From a virus (Duplodnaviria > Caudoviricetes), in IMG/VR virus record IMGVR_UViG_3300020045_003333, positions 1 through 36,247 of that record: a stretch of 36,247 nt of DNA; one strand, written 5' to 3'. The notes below the pieces were generated by a model. That model ran no database searches. It was not told where the DNA came from and worked only from the letters and a program-made list of their open reading frames with translations. Position numbers and translations under genes: made by a program. The stretch's first letter is position 1. Every line of letters starts with the position of its first letter. Shown piece after piece: positions 23,331 to 33,315 of the stretch.

Positions 23331-25632
23331 TATCCCAAGTTATTAAATTATTGTCAAAAGTTATTTCATCATTATCAAATGATACTATACTTGGATATTG
23401 AGTAATGAAAATATTAATCGTTTGTAAAGTATCGGTATTCGTAATCGTTGCATTGTTGTATCTTGTAAATCCTGTGTTGTTCTGCTCAAATGTAAAATAG
23501 ATAATAGTTCCATCTATAACTGCACTTAACCAAGTATCATCATCTATGTCAACTGTTGAGTTACCGATATTAGGAACGCTTATTGATTGTACTTGTGGTA
23601 AATAATCCGCTATCAAACTCGTTACGTTAGAAGTAAATCCATTAATAACTAAATCAAAAGCATTGATTAAATTCAAACTTATTTCACGTGTTAATAAATT
23701 CAAATTGAAATTATCAATTCTGTAATAGTTGTTTTTAATTTCTAAAATATCATTTAGTTGCAATTGTAATAAAATCCTTAATGGTAGTACCGCATTATAT
23801 TTAAAACTACGTCTTTTAGGATTGAAAATATTACCTACATAGTTTGAATAATGGTTTAAATATAATGTGTTTTCGCTTGCTACATTGTCCCACTCGTTGT
23901 TTTCAATACCAAATACTAAATTATATTGTGGTTGTGCCCAATCAATTGAATGAGAAGGTGTGTTTATGTTACCTGTTAATTCCTCTTTTACTGCTGAATC
24001 ATTAATATATCCTATTGTTTTTGTTCCAATAGTTGTATTGATATTATAGAAAATATGTGGAGCAGGATTAACAGGCTCAATCTTATCATCTACTATTGCC
24101 CCGTATTGTATATTCGTAATTGTACCATCTGATAAATCAGGTAGTCTTTCGTAAATAATCTGTTCAAATGGAACTGCAATAGTTAAAGCGTCCCCCTCTA
24201 ATGGTTTTCCAGTAGGCGTACCATCATCGGTAAGTAATATCTGTTCGTCGCCATATCCTAAACCTGTACTTTTTTTAAACTGATTGTTTAGAATAGTGAT
24301 AGGGTCTTTAAATTCAAACTTAATCTCATTCAATAAATTACCCCTTGAAACCTCTAACGTATCTGTTTTTATATATCTGCTTATATTCCAAACCTGACCT
24401 AATTTATAATAGTTATCAATAGTATCAATGTATATGTTTTCGTTATCATCTGAAATAACAACTAACTTAAACATTGAGAACAAACCTTTTAGAAAGTCTA
24501 TTATTTTAATTTTAGGTATATTGAATTGTAAATCAAAGACTCCATTTATCGTTTGCTCTGGGAAGTCTGCAATACCATTGTAACTTTCATATTCAAATTC
24601 AATTGTTAAACGGCTTGTAAATTTAAACTCCTCGTTTGCTGAAATATACCAACTGTGTTTTGTTGGTTGATTTCTTTCTATTGCAAAGAACCTTTCATTC
24701 ATTCCTGTTACATTTGAATAAGAATCAGAAGGAGCTCCGTCTTTTCTTCTTTCAATTGCATAAGGTACAGTTTCATAACCAGCACTCGGAGTTATTCTAA
24801 TCAGTCCGTAAATACGTTTACCGTTAGCCACAAATGTATCCTCTGTTAAATCTAAAGTACCAGCGTTTGAACCGATAGTACCAATGTTAGTCATATCCAT
24901 CCTAACCTCATTGTTAGACTTTTTACTACGTTGGTTATCGTTATTAATCCATAGATACAAGTTTTGGAATTCACTTGTGCCAAAGAAGTCCCTACTAAAA
25001 GTAAAATCATATTTCACTTCAATAGCTTCAATAATTTTAATCAACTTTATTGAAGGTCTTAATAAATTCCAATCAACACCAGCACCTCCATTATAAGCGA
25101 TATTTGCTAATGTGTCTGTATTTATATTCTCTGAACCTGAACGATAATATAATTGTTTCTTTGTAAATAGGTTGTATATTAAATCGCCACTTGTTTGTAA
25201 ATAACCTTTTACCGTATCACTATCATAATTATGATTCAATGCTGAAAAATCTAAACTGGATAGTTCATCATTTTTTAATTTGTCTTTTAAAGAAACTAAA
25301 TTACCTACGAAATTAATTGAGTATGCATAAGGCTTCCCTTGTTTTATAGATACTTTTTCTAAAGACCATTTACCAAACCTGAAAGGCAAACCATCAAATT
25401 CAATGCGCCCTGATACTTTTACCCTTGAATCAAAAGAGTTATCTATGTTTGCATCGTAGTAATGTTTAAATATACGGTTGTTAATATGCGTTGCTGGAAC
25501 TGTGAAACTCTTTACATAGTCTGTTGTATTCTTTGTAATGTCGTTAACGTTTGCTATTGACGAATTGATTTCAATACTTTCGTCCTGAAACAAATCCATA
25601 ACATCATTTTCGATATATAATTTAATCATCAT
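23323..25632 (-). CDS. Tail tip/hub protein
   Basis: 769 aa; KSFTVPAT..NNRIFKHYY motif; position in the tail module. Confidence 0.7.
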   Translation of the reverse strand: MMIKLYIENDVMDLFQDESIEINSSIANVNDITKNTTDYVKSFTVPATHINNRIFKHYYDANIDNSFDSRVKVSGRIEFDGLPFRFGKWSLEKVSIKQGKPYAYSINFVGNLVSLKDKLKNDELSSLDFSALNHNYDSDTVKGYLQTSGDLIYNLFTKKQLYYRSGSENINTDTLANIAYNGGAGVDWNLLRPSIKLIKIIEAIEVKYDFTFSRDFFGTSEFQNLYLWINNDNQRSKKSNNEVRMDMTNIGTIGSNAGTLDLTEDTFVANGKRIYGLIRITPSAGYETVPYAIERRKDGAPSDSYSNVTGMNERFFAIERNQPTKHSWYISANEEFKFTSRLTIEFEYESYNGIADFPEQTINGVFDLQFNIPKIKIIDFLKGLFSMFKLVVISDDNENIYIDTIDNYYKLGQVWNISRYIKTDTLEVSRGNLLNEIKFEFKDPITILNNQFKKSTGLGYGDEQILLTDDGTPTGKPLEGDALTIAVPFEQIIYERLPDLSDGTITNIQYGAIVDDKIEPVNPAPHIFYNINTTIGTKTIGYINDSAVKEELTGNINTPSHSIDWAQPQYNLVFGIENNEWDNVASENTLYLNHYSNYVGNIFNPKRRSFKYNAVLPLRILLQLQLNDILEIKNNYYRIDNFNLNLLTREISLNLINAFDLVINGFTSNVTSLIADYLPQVQSISVPNIGNSTVDIDDDTWLSAVIDGTIIYFTFEQNNTGFTRYNNATITNTDTLQTINIFITQYPSIVSFDNDEITFDNNLITWDNG

Positions 25633-26204
25633 ATATTGTTCACTTCATTAAATGCATACTCAAATTCAAACTCGTAATTCAACATTCTATCTTTTTGCCT
25701 TGTTTTATATTCTATAGATTTAGCACCTAACTTAATTGGTGTATAAATTTCATTTGAAAATATCCAAACTCGCTCTGATAACATCAATTGCTTAAACGTT
25801 TCATTCATTGACTCATCAACAAACCCACTATTAATTTTAAATTTAGATTTACCCTGTACGTTGTAAGTAACATATTGATGATTACCAACTAAAGGTTGAC
25901 CTCTATCTGATTCAAACTCCTCTGTTGTTACTGACATTGATTCTGTCTTTGCTTTAAAGAAAGTAACAAACTGCATCGCACCATCTTTATTCTGGAACGC
26001 AATATCTAAAGGTGTGTATCTACATTCATCCTGAATAAATAAAGTTATTGTTTCACTATTGAAAGTGATTTCTACATACTCATCCGTCGTTGTTTCTGAC
26101 AAGTCAACCCAAACGCCTTTTACCATACCTTGACTGTATAGGCTTGTTGGTTCTTCTACAGAATAATTTATTTCATTGTCTGGGTAAGATATAACTGTTA
26201 TCAT
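25629..26204 (-). CDS. Tail protein (distal-tail-like, C-terminal part)
   Basis: FQNKDGA...INSGFV...QLMLSERVW. Confidence 0.6.
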   Translation of the reverse strand: MITVISYPDNEINYSVEEPTSLYSQGMVKGVWVDLSETTTDEYVEITFNSETITLFIQDECRYTPLDIAFQNKDGAMQFVTFFKAKTESMSVTTEEFESDRGQPLVGNHQYVTYNVQGKSKFKINSGFVDESMNETFKQLMLSERVWIFSNEIYTPIKLGAKSIEYKTRQKDRMLNYEFEFEYAFNEVNNI

Positions 26205-26986
26205 TGTTGACTTATATTAATTTCATTGGAATGATATAATGTTAAACCGTCAAAAAATGCAAGTCTAACCCATGTAGTGCCTAATACAGGATAAGTAATT
26301 ACAACTCCGGTTAAAGGACTTACGTTTGGAAGCGTGTACAAGAATGACCAATCAACACCGTTAATTGATTTTTGCACTATTACGTCTGTTGGAGTAAAAG
26401 TATCTATAGTAAAATTTATATCTATTGTAGATGATGTGTGTCCAGACGATGTATATTCATACGATGTTATCTCTATAATAAAAGGTTCAGGTGGCGTTTC
26501 TAATACCATAAAAGGCATATTAAAAACTCCGTTTCTATTAACTTTAAATTCAGTACCCTGCATTAATATCCTATTGCCAGGCGTTGTAGTGTTTTCGCCT
26601 TCCATACCACCTCCATAACCTTTTAAAACTAATTCAGTTGAAACGTCTTGCTCATCCCCTGTAACAAATTCATCTAATGATATAGTAGTATAAGTTAAAG
26701 TTACCTTACACCATCTCTGATTGTAAGCATTTATAATACTTGTTTCTGTTCCGTATGTTACATTAAAATCAATGAAGTCATTTAACAATCTTGCTATATT
26801 TACCTTATCGCTTGCTGTTGATGAAGTTGGATTGTTCTTTGTCATTGAATAACTTTCTGTAACTGGTGGCGAATCTTTAAGACCGTCCCAAACATATAAC
26901 TTCAATGTGTAAGATGTGCAAGTGTCTTCCGTTATCGGGTCAACAAATGGAATATATAAATAATATGGCGAAAGTGTTTTAATCAT
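26201..26986 (-). CDS. Tail protein with C-terminal Ig/Fn3-like domain
   Basis: SPYY N-terminus; VQKSINGVDWS motif. Confidence 0.55.
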   Translation of the reverse strand: MIKTLSPYYLYIPFVDPITEDTCTSYTLKLYVWDGLKDSPPVTESYSMTKNNPTSSTASDKVNIARLLNDFIDFNVTYGTETSIINAYNQRWCKVTLTYTTISLDEFVTGDEQDVSTELVLKGYGGGMEGENTTTPGNRILMQGTEFKVNRNGVFNMPFMVLETPPEPFIIEITSYEYTSSGHTSSTIDINFTIDTFTPTDVIVQKSINGVDWSFLYTLPNVSPLTGVVITYPVLGTTWVRLAFFDGLTLYHSNEINISQQ

Positions 26987-27510
26987 AATTTTAACTTTAC
27001 TTTAATCTGTTCATCAACTTGCAAACTATACGCTTCATAAACTGCATCAGGTAATCTTTGGAAAGCCTGCTCAAATGGTTTTGTAAAGAAGTTAGTTGTT
27101 TCTAATCCTTTATTCCAAATGCTTCTCATAATCAAAAAGGAAGTTGACTTGTAGGATAGAAATTTACCCGTCCCCCTATCTTTAAATTGGATTCGCTTTC
27201 TTGCTACCCAACCGTTAATCCCACTCGTCAGACCTCCTTTTTTACCTGAACCTGTCCCGAATTTAAAAGGACTGTTCGGAGCTTTTGCTGAACTACTTAC
27301 ACCTCTTACTCCTTTATCAACAAACTCCCAGTAATCATTAGCATTACCGAAATCAAAACTTAACGTTGTTGTACGTTTACCCTCAATAACATTGTACTTA
27401 ATCCCGTTGTATAGTGCAGAAGTGTCTTTCTTCTTTTTCTTAGACAGATTAGACTTCGATTGTTGTACGACATACTTACCAAATTTATTTAATTCGTCTG
27501 CTACTGACAT
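26983..27510 (-). CDS. Tail completion/neck protein
   Basis: Basic; YWEFVDKGV and FFTKPFE motifs. Confidence 0.6.
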   Translation of the reverse strand: MSVADELNKFGKYVVQQSKSNLSKKKKKDTSALYNGIKYNVIEGKRTTTLSFDFGNANDYWEFVDKGVRGVSSSAKAPNSPFKFGTGSGKKGGLTSGINGWVARKRIQFKDRGTGKFLSYKSTSFLIMRSIWNKGLETTNFFTKPFEQAFQRLPDAVYEAYSLQVDEQIKVKLKL

Positions 27511-27950
27511 AGGTTTATAACTGTATTAGGCACTTCAACTGTGAAAGTTAATCTTGCACCGTCTAATAATTTAGAACCCTCAAAACTTCCTAATTCAAAA
27601 GAAGGGTCTTCACTTGAAGTTATGTTATGCTTATCAAAGTCTGTGTACATTTTTAACCACATACGATTAAGAACTGCAATAGCTAAATTATGATTATCAA
27701 CTTCATTATCTTGCCCCCAAAAATCATCTGTTTGAACCTCTTTATTAATATCACGTATGTTCATACAAGATAATTCTATATTGAAATTAACAGTACTACC
27801 GTTAGTAAAACCACCTGACTCAATCATTATATTAACCAAAGGAAATATTGTTTCTTTATTTAAGTCTTGAGTCTTCAAAACCTTATTAACTTGCTCATCT
27901 TCCTCTGCAAGTTGTTTCAAGTATAAATAAAGTTGAGTTAGTTGGTTCAT
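27501..27950 (-). CDS. Putative tail terminator protein
   Basis: Size, IFPLVNI motif, position. Confidence 0.55.
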   Translation of the reverse strand: MNQLTQLYLYLKQLAEEDEQVNKVLKTQDLNKETIFPLVNIMIESGGFTNGSTVNFNIELSCMNIRDINKEVQTDDFWGQDNEVDNHNLAIAVLNRMWLKMYTDFDKHNITSSEDPSFELGSFEGSKLLDGARLTFTVEVPNTVINLCQ

Positions 27951-28210
27951 AATTCAATTGTATTACTATTGTTTTTCATTATCTTATGCTTCAGTTTCCT
28001 TGTATCTATTTTATAAGCTAAAAACAAATGAAACTCGTGTATATTCGTATTCAATACCTTGCTTAGATTCCAAACTTTACCCTTACACAAGTCAAATAAA
28101 GTAGCATCCCACCCCCATTTCACGAAGTAATCACTGGCTGCCCTTCCTTCGGTTGTTCCACTACCATATATTTCTGGGTATAATTCACTAATTCGTTGGC
28201 TAAATTCGAA
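27947..28210 (-). CDS. -1 frameshift extension of the tail assembly chaperone (gpGT-like)
   Basis: 87-codon open frame beginning at the T9 run, includes KWGW, ends in an ATGA overlap with the next gene. Confidence 0.75.
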   Translation of the reverse strand, partial: FEFSQRISELYPEIYGSGTTEGRAASDYFVKWGWDATLFDLCKGKVWNLSKVLNTNIHEFHLFLAYKIDTRKLKHKIMKNNSNTIEL

Positions 28211-28698
28211 AAAAAAACCAATGCGCCATTTACAATTGACAATGGCATATACTTCATTATGGTTGCATAGCGTTCAGTACCTTCATAATTGATAATATCA
28301 TAGTTACCTAAGACATCTTTCTTTTTAATCGGTCTAAATAAGACTGCCATTAGTTTGTGCATCTCTTGAACATCTACACCGTACACAGACAAATCTCTGT
28401 ACTCTCCTGCTGTTATCTTATCGAGGTTAGGAATAAACCCAAACTCTACATCATCAATAAAGAAAGTAGGTTTAAAAACTGCTGACTGATTTAATGCCAA
28501 ATCAATCTGTTCTATTATATCTTTATAATCTCTTTGGCTTATTAAATCCAATCTATTACGCTCTAACCCTGTAAATATTTCAACTTTACGTTTATCAAAT
28601 TGGTCTTCTGTTAAATCGGTACGCTCCAATAGTATAGAGTACTTTTGGAACTGGTGCAATTTAATATCTTCTATTGATGTTGGAATTGTAACTTTCAT
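28120..28698 (-). CDS. Tail assembly chaperone (gpG-like)
   Basis: FGFIPNLDKITAGEY.DL, MAVLFRP, GALVFF at the slippery site. Confidence 0.7.
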   Translation of the reverse strand: MKVTIPTSIEDIKLHQFQKYSILLERTDLTEDQFDKRKVEIFTGLERNRLDLISQRDYKDIIEQIDLALNQSAVFKPTFFIDDVEFGFIPNLDKITAGEYRDLSVYGVDVQEMHKLMAVLFRPIKKKDVLGNYDIINYEGTERYATIMKYMPLSIVNGALVFFSNLANELVNYTQKYMVVEQPKEGQPVITS

Positions 28699-28702
28699 AA
28701 TA

Positions 28703-28730
28703 TTATAACTAAAAAAAGGTTGTTTTGTTT
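28703..28730 (-). promoter_or_regulatory. Putative late promoter (copy 3)
   Basis: AAACAAAA-CAACCTTTTT-TTAGTTATAA, 4 nt before the ATG. Confidence 0.7.
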
Positions 28731-29927
28731 TTAACGAATTTCGATTTGACCACCACCCGAAAGGTTGTAACTTACATTGTATCTAATAGCATCTATAATA
28801 TGATTATAAGCATCACAGAACAACTTACTTCCTTTGTCTGTATACACATAGTTGTTTAACTCTTTACCTATGTTTTCGCCCTCTACAATCAATTGATAGT
28901 CCTGCATTATTGCTATGCCTGCAGAAATAGAACCTGCTCCTTTTGTTGTCGGTATAACTCTACAACCCATCTTAACGAGTTCATCTATCAAACGTGGCTC
29001 TGCACTATCGGCAACGATAAGTTTGTTATTTGTAATCGTTCTATTTATGTGTGCTATTTCAGAAGTGGTTAGTTTAGATTTATATAAATGTTCTTTACAA
29101 TAGATTATCTTTTTCTTTTTATCAATAGCAACCTCTACTAATGTTGTAGGGTCAATGCTAAATCCATAATCTTGACCAAAAGAAGTTTGTAAATTGTCAG
29201 GGTTAAACGTTCCATACTTCCAATTAGTAAATACAACACCCTCCGCTTTATCTAACCATCCACCTAATATAACGTGATTGTATTTTTTATGATTACTTTC
29301 TTTGATTTGTTCTATCTGGTCTAAGAATGATTCTGATAGATTTTTATAGTTATCTAAATAACTTGAATGTATGTAAGTAGTATCTTTATTTATAAGTGTA
29401 CTACCTTCTTGAACTTCTTTTTGTTCAAAGAAACGTTTGTAAATAAAGTGTTCTTTAGTAGCTGGATTTAAAATAAGGATTACCCTATTCTGTTTAGTGT
29501 TATGCCTAATGCTAAAATCAATTTTGTCAAAAGTTTCTTCGTCATTTAGCTCCTCTGCTTCATCTAAAACCCAAGTAGTAACACCAGACAATGATTTAAG
29601 GTTTGCCGTTTGTGTTCCGCTACTTGTTTTTATACCTTTGAATATAATTTTAGACCCCGTCCTAACATTTACTATTTCATCCTTAGTAATATAAAAATCA
29701 TTGTGAAGTCCTGCCGTTTCAATCTTATCTATAAATTCAGGTATGATTGATATGTGAGCAGAAATTAAAGTATAACGTGTAAATAGAATAACGTGTCCTA
29801 CTTCATAAGTTAGTAAAAGCAAAAAAGAGTTAATAGAATAACTCTTTCCTGAACCCCTACCCCCTGAAATTATAAAGTAACGACTATCGCTACCTAATAA
29901 ATTATATTTACTATTTATCTTTATCAA
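28731..29927 (-). CDS. terL: Terminase large subunit (PBSX/SPP1-like)
   Basis: GGRGSGKS Walker A, WVLDEAEE Walker B, LNP, GQDYGFSIDP, ADSAEP, NHIIDAIRY. Confidence 0.95.
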   Translation of the reverse strand: MIKINSKYNLLGSDSRYFIISGGRGSGKSYSINSFLLLLTYEVGHVILFTRYTLISAHISIIPEFIDKIETAGLHNDFYITKDEIVNVRTGSKIIFKGIKTSSGTQTANLKSLSGVTTWVLDEAEELNDEETFDKIDFSIRHNTKQNRVILILNPATKEHFIYKRFFEQKEVQEGSTLINKDTTYIHSSYLDNYKNLSESFLDQIEQIKESNHKKYNHVILGGWLDKAEGVVFTNWKYGTFNPDNLQTSFGQDYGFSIDPTTLVEVAIDKKKKIIYCKEHLYKSKLTTSEIAHINRTITNNKLIVADSAEPRLIDELVKMGCRVIPTTKGAGSISAGIAIMQDYQLIVEGENIGKELNNYVYTDKGSKLFCDAYNHIIDAIRYNVSYNLSGGGQIEIR

Positions 29928-30198
29928 TTTGAAACATTTCTTTTATATCGAAGTTGTTTAGATTGTGGGTTGTTTCTATTGTTTCTTTCGGTTTACCTAC
30001 AGCATATTCAATAAGAAGTTTAGCTGCTGCAATTCTATCTCTTGAATTTTCTGATGTGCTTTTCATTATAGAAGCGAGGACTTCAAAAGATTCTTCTACG
30101 TGAGGACTTGCAAGGTCAACCCCTTTTAACTCATCTTTTACAGACGGTCTGCCCCCTTTGTTTCCTATAGTTCCTCTATTTTCTTTTCTCTTATCCAT
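29911..30198 (-). CDS. terS: Terminase small subunit
   Basis: GNKGGRP, DRIAAAKLLIEYAVGKP; immediately upstream of terL. Confidence 0.7.
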   Translation of the reverse strand: MDKRKENRGTIGNKGGRPSVKDELKGVDLASPHVEESFEVLASIMKSTSENSRDRIAAAKLLIEYAVGKPKETIETTHNLNNFDIKEMFQIDKDK

Positions 30199-30350
30199 AA
30201 TCAGTATAAATTAGATAACTGAATCCGTAGCTTTTATAAACTAAATTTAATTATTATTCAATACTAATAATCAAAGATTCTTTTTAAATTTTTATATTTA
30301 ATGATACATTATATTTTTTAGCAAATTCAACAGCTAATCTATTCAATTCA

Positions 30351-30722
30351 TCAAAGTCTTTCTGTTGTGTAGCTTCCATAAACTATATCTAATTTATCAA
30401 TCATATTAATCATTGGTTTAGGACTGCAAGAGCTACAAGGATACCAAACCTGTCTATTGAATACACTTGCATATAACTCACAAACAAACTTAACTTGTTT
30501 AGGACTCAATACAATCGTTTTAACGGTTGTAAAATCCCTCCAACTATTATATTCATCTTCTGTGAAACATCGTGCCTTAAATCGATACGGAAATAACTGA
30601 TTTAGCTTTTCTTTACGCTCATCACAACCACAGTCTTTACCTTCTACGAATATTTGTAAACCTGTGGCTTTAATTACCTTTTCTATTGTATCGCCTAATC
30701 CTTTACTTTTTGGTCTTGCCAT
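30351..30722 (-). CDS. Cys-rich phage protein (GLGDTIEK...DCGCDERKEKLN...CSSC)
   Basis: ORF track. Confidence 0.75.
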   Translation of the reverse strand: MARPKSKGLGDTIEKVIKATGLQIFVEGKDCGCDERKEKLNQLFPYRFKARCFTEDEYNSWRDFTTVKTIVLSPKQVKFVCELYASVFNRQVWYPCSSCSPKPMINMIDKLDIVYGSYTTERL

Positions 30723-31123
30723 CTATTTTTTTCTTTTTGGATAGTTTTATGAATGAAATTATAATCTGTATTTAGTAGTTTCCCTATTTCCCTTAAAGAC
30801 ATTGTTTGATTAAGTTCTATATAATCCCTTGCAACCCAATATATATTTTGTAATATTTCAGAGTCTTTATCATCAGGCTCAAATGTTTCTGGAGTTGTAA
30901 AGTTATAAAAGTTTTCAATTGAAATAGTTTTTTTACCTTTTATTTCGTCTAAGAATATATTTTTAATAGTAACTATCACATAGAAATCATTAATTTCTTT
31001 GGTGCAATTGGCTAACTTTAGATACATTTCAGACACTAAATCATCTGCTAACATTTTATCCCTGCATATATTAAAGGCTATTTTTCGCCAGTAAGAATCT
31101 TTTTTTGCAAGAATTTCTAACAT
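30695..31123 (-). CDS. ECF-like sigma factor / late transcription regulator
   Basis: Region-2-like LADDLVSEMYLKL...KNIFLD and region-4 HTH MSLREIGKLLN. Confidence 0.65.
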   Translation of the reverse strand: MLEILAKKDSYWRKIAFNICRDKMLADDLVSEMYLKLANCTKEINDFYVIVTIKNIFLDEIKGKKTISIENFYNFTTPETFEPDDKDSEILQNIYWVARDYIELNQTMSLREIGKLLNTDYNFIHKTIQKEKNRWQDQKVKD

Positions 31124-31159
31124 ATTTAATTTATTGATTCAAACAAAATTAATAAAAAT

Positions 31160-31351
31160 TTACACAATACCACCATTAATTTTCTGTAATTTTTGTGTTA
31201 GGTAGTTTAGTCTATCAGGATTATCTTTTGAAACTATCAATTGTCTTCGTTCTTCCATAGCTTTAGAGTATGAAAATGATTCAAATTTATCACATTCTGG
31301 AGCTGGATATACTTTACAACTTTTGATACAATGTTTACAAATGGATTTCAT
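31160..31351 (-). CDS. Small Cys-rich hypothetical protein
   Basis: ORF track. Confidence 0.55.
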   Translation of the reverse strand: MKSICKHCIKSCKVYPAPECDKFESFSYSKAMEERRQLIVSKDNPDRLNYLTQKLQKINGGIV

Positions 31352-31626
31352 AATATTGTTTTAACATCAGTTATTAAATAAGCTGTTCTACTAAAGTGAA
31401 TAAATACATTACCGCCTGATTCTATTATTTTTTTCTTTAATACATTTGATTTTAATCCTGTTAATTTCATTGCATCGTTTGAATAAATATACTTTGATGT
31501 ATCAAAGTTATTATTTCCTATGTTAATCCTTCCACGATAAGTATTAGGCTTATTCCTATCTTTATCCTGGTCTTTTTTATATAAAGTTATTGGATGTAAG
31601 TTATGGTTATAAAAATCTATTGCCAT
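31348..31626 (-). CDS. Hypothetical protein (possible HTH)
   Basis: ORF track. Confidence 0.55.
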   Translation of the reverse strand: MAIDFYNHNLHPITLYKKDQDKDRNKPNTYRGRINIGNNNFDTSKYIYSNDAMKLTGLKSNVLKKKIIESGGNVFIHFSRTAYLITDVKTIL

Positions 31627-31655
31627 TATAATAAAAATTGAGAGTTAAAGTTATT

Positions 31656-31982
31656 TTAATATATTTTAAATTTAATAAACTCATTACCTTTTGAAACTAT
31701 CTCTTTGAATACGTGAAGTTCATAAATATAACGGTCATCTACTTTGTACTTCTTTACCAAACAATCTATAAATGTTTTACAGCAATTATCAATATCTGAA
31801 CCTTTGGAACTAAAACCGAATTGAATAGCTAATTTAATATTAGTTTGGTCAGGAATTTCAATTGTCTTTGGTAATAGTAAAAGCATATTTTTAATAAACT
31901 TATCGTATTCGTCTGTCCTGAAACGCCTGCCTTTGAAAGCGGAATTAATTGATAGCGGTTTAATTTGTATGGTGTGGTTCAT
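31656..31982 (-). CDS. rusA: RusA-like Holliday junction resolvase
   Basis: PLSIN, SDIDNCCKTFIDCL, DDR catalytic Asp pattern. Confidence 0.8.
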   Translation of the reverse strand: MNHTIQIKPLSINSAFKGRRFRTDEYDKFIKNMLLLLPKTIEIPDQTNIKLAIQFGFSSKGSDIDNCCKTFIDCLVKKYKVDDRYIYELHVFKEIVSKGNEFIKFKIY

Positions 31983-31985
31983 AGT

Positions 31986-32828
31986 CTAAAATATATTAGG
32001 ATTATCATTTATTAAATAAGGCAATGCATCGTTATTAATGTCAAAACTAAAATCTTCAAATCTGTAACCTCTTGAATATGGATTACTAACTAAAATAGTA
32101 CCGTCTTCCTGTATATCCAAATCAATAACCGTTTCAGCTTTCTTTAATACGTAAGTTCCTAAATGACCTAAAGGTTTTCCTGTTGTTCCTGATTTATGAA
32201 TTATCGTTGTAACGTGAATATCATAATCATAAGTCCATTTCATAATGTAATCGGATGCTTCTTTTGACATAATAATATCATTTGTATTGTCAACTAAATC
32301 AGCAACACCGTCAATAGAAATAAGTTTAACTGGCTCTTTGTAAAGTGTGGTTTGATTCTTTAGGCAATAGTCAATCATTTGTAAACGTTCATTCGATGTT
32401 AAATGCCTTGTTGCATAACCGTGATAATTAGAATAATTCAAACCTGCCATTTCCTGAACCCGTCTAAAAGTTCTTTGAGTGTAATATTTGCCCTGTTCAG
32501 TATCGAAGTCAAGAATAGAAAAATCTTTATCTCGATGTGTTTTTATATTTGGAAATAATACATTTGAAACTCCACCAATGTAAGAACCAAGAAAAGCAGA
32601 TTTAAGAAAAGTCTTTTTACTTTTCGATGTTGCGGTAATTGCTGAAAACTCTCCAGCGGTCATAATTGGAGTATCGTAAAATTTATCTTTATATCGATGC
32701 GTACCGATTGAAAGTAATATTTCAGGGTGTGGCATTTCTTCTGATAAATCCACATAGCAACTATTAACCAGTGATTCAATATTTATTTCAGGTTGTGCAT
32801 CTTTTGAAAGTTCGTTAAAGTCAAGCAT
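31986..32828 (-). CDS. RecA-fold AAA_25-like helicase/ATPase
   Basis: Variant Walker A ATSKSKKT, FDTEQ, IDGVADL, IIH, GHLG. Confidence 0.75.
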   Translation of the reverse strand: MLDFNELSKDAQPEINIESLVNSCYVDLSEEMPHPEILLSIGTHRYKDKFYDTPIMTAGEFSAITATSKSKKTFLKSAFLGSYIGGVSNVLFPNIKTHRDKDFSILDFDTEQGKYYTQRTFRRVQEMAGLNYSNYHGYATRHLTSNERLQMIDYCLKNQTTLYKEPVKLISIDGVADLVDNTNDIIMSKEASDYIMKWTYDYDIHVTTIIHKSGTTGKPLGHLGTYVLKKAETVIDLDIQEDGTILVSNPYSRGYRFEDFSFDINNDALPYLINDNPNIF

Positions 32829-33315
32829 AGTTTTCTGGATTTTTAATTAAATCATTTACGGTATTATAAAGGCTTGTTTCTACTTTATCAAAAGACCAAA
32901 CTGATAATAATTTTTTTATTATTTCCTGTTCTTTATCTTTTAGTAATTGGTTTTTACGCTCGTCATTTGCTAAATCGTTTAAATCTATTCCGATACTTTC
33001 AAAGTAATTTAATTTATCAATACTTTCTAAAGTAGATTTCAATGCCTCAAGATGAAAATTTAAAGGTAAATTCAAGTCCTTTTCAATTTGTTTTTTAGTA
33101 AAATTCACATCTCTATAATGTAATAAATCCTGATTAAGTTTAATACAATATAATTTGCAAAATAGAATATTATCTATAACATACGTTTTTTGCGTTATAT
33201 TAAGCTCGTTGTTTAATAGTTTTAGTGCTTCTATATCTTTATCACAGATGTCTTTTTTTAATCTCTTAAACGTAGAAAAAATTCTTTCTACTGCTTTTTG
33301 TGATGCCCAACTCAT
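32821..33315 (-). CDS. Hypothetical replication-region protein
   Basis: ORF track; overlaps both neighbours. Confidence 0.65.
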   Translation of the reverse strand: MSWASQKAVERIFSTFKRLKKDICDKDIEALKLLNNELNITQKTYVIDNILFCKLYCIKLNQDLLHYRDVNFTKKQIEKDLNLPLNFHLEALKSTLESIDKLNYFESIGIDLNDLANDERKNQLLKDKEQEIIKKLLSVWSFDKVETSLYNTVNDLIKNPENYA

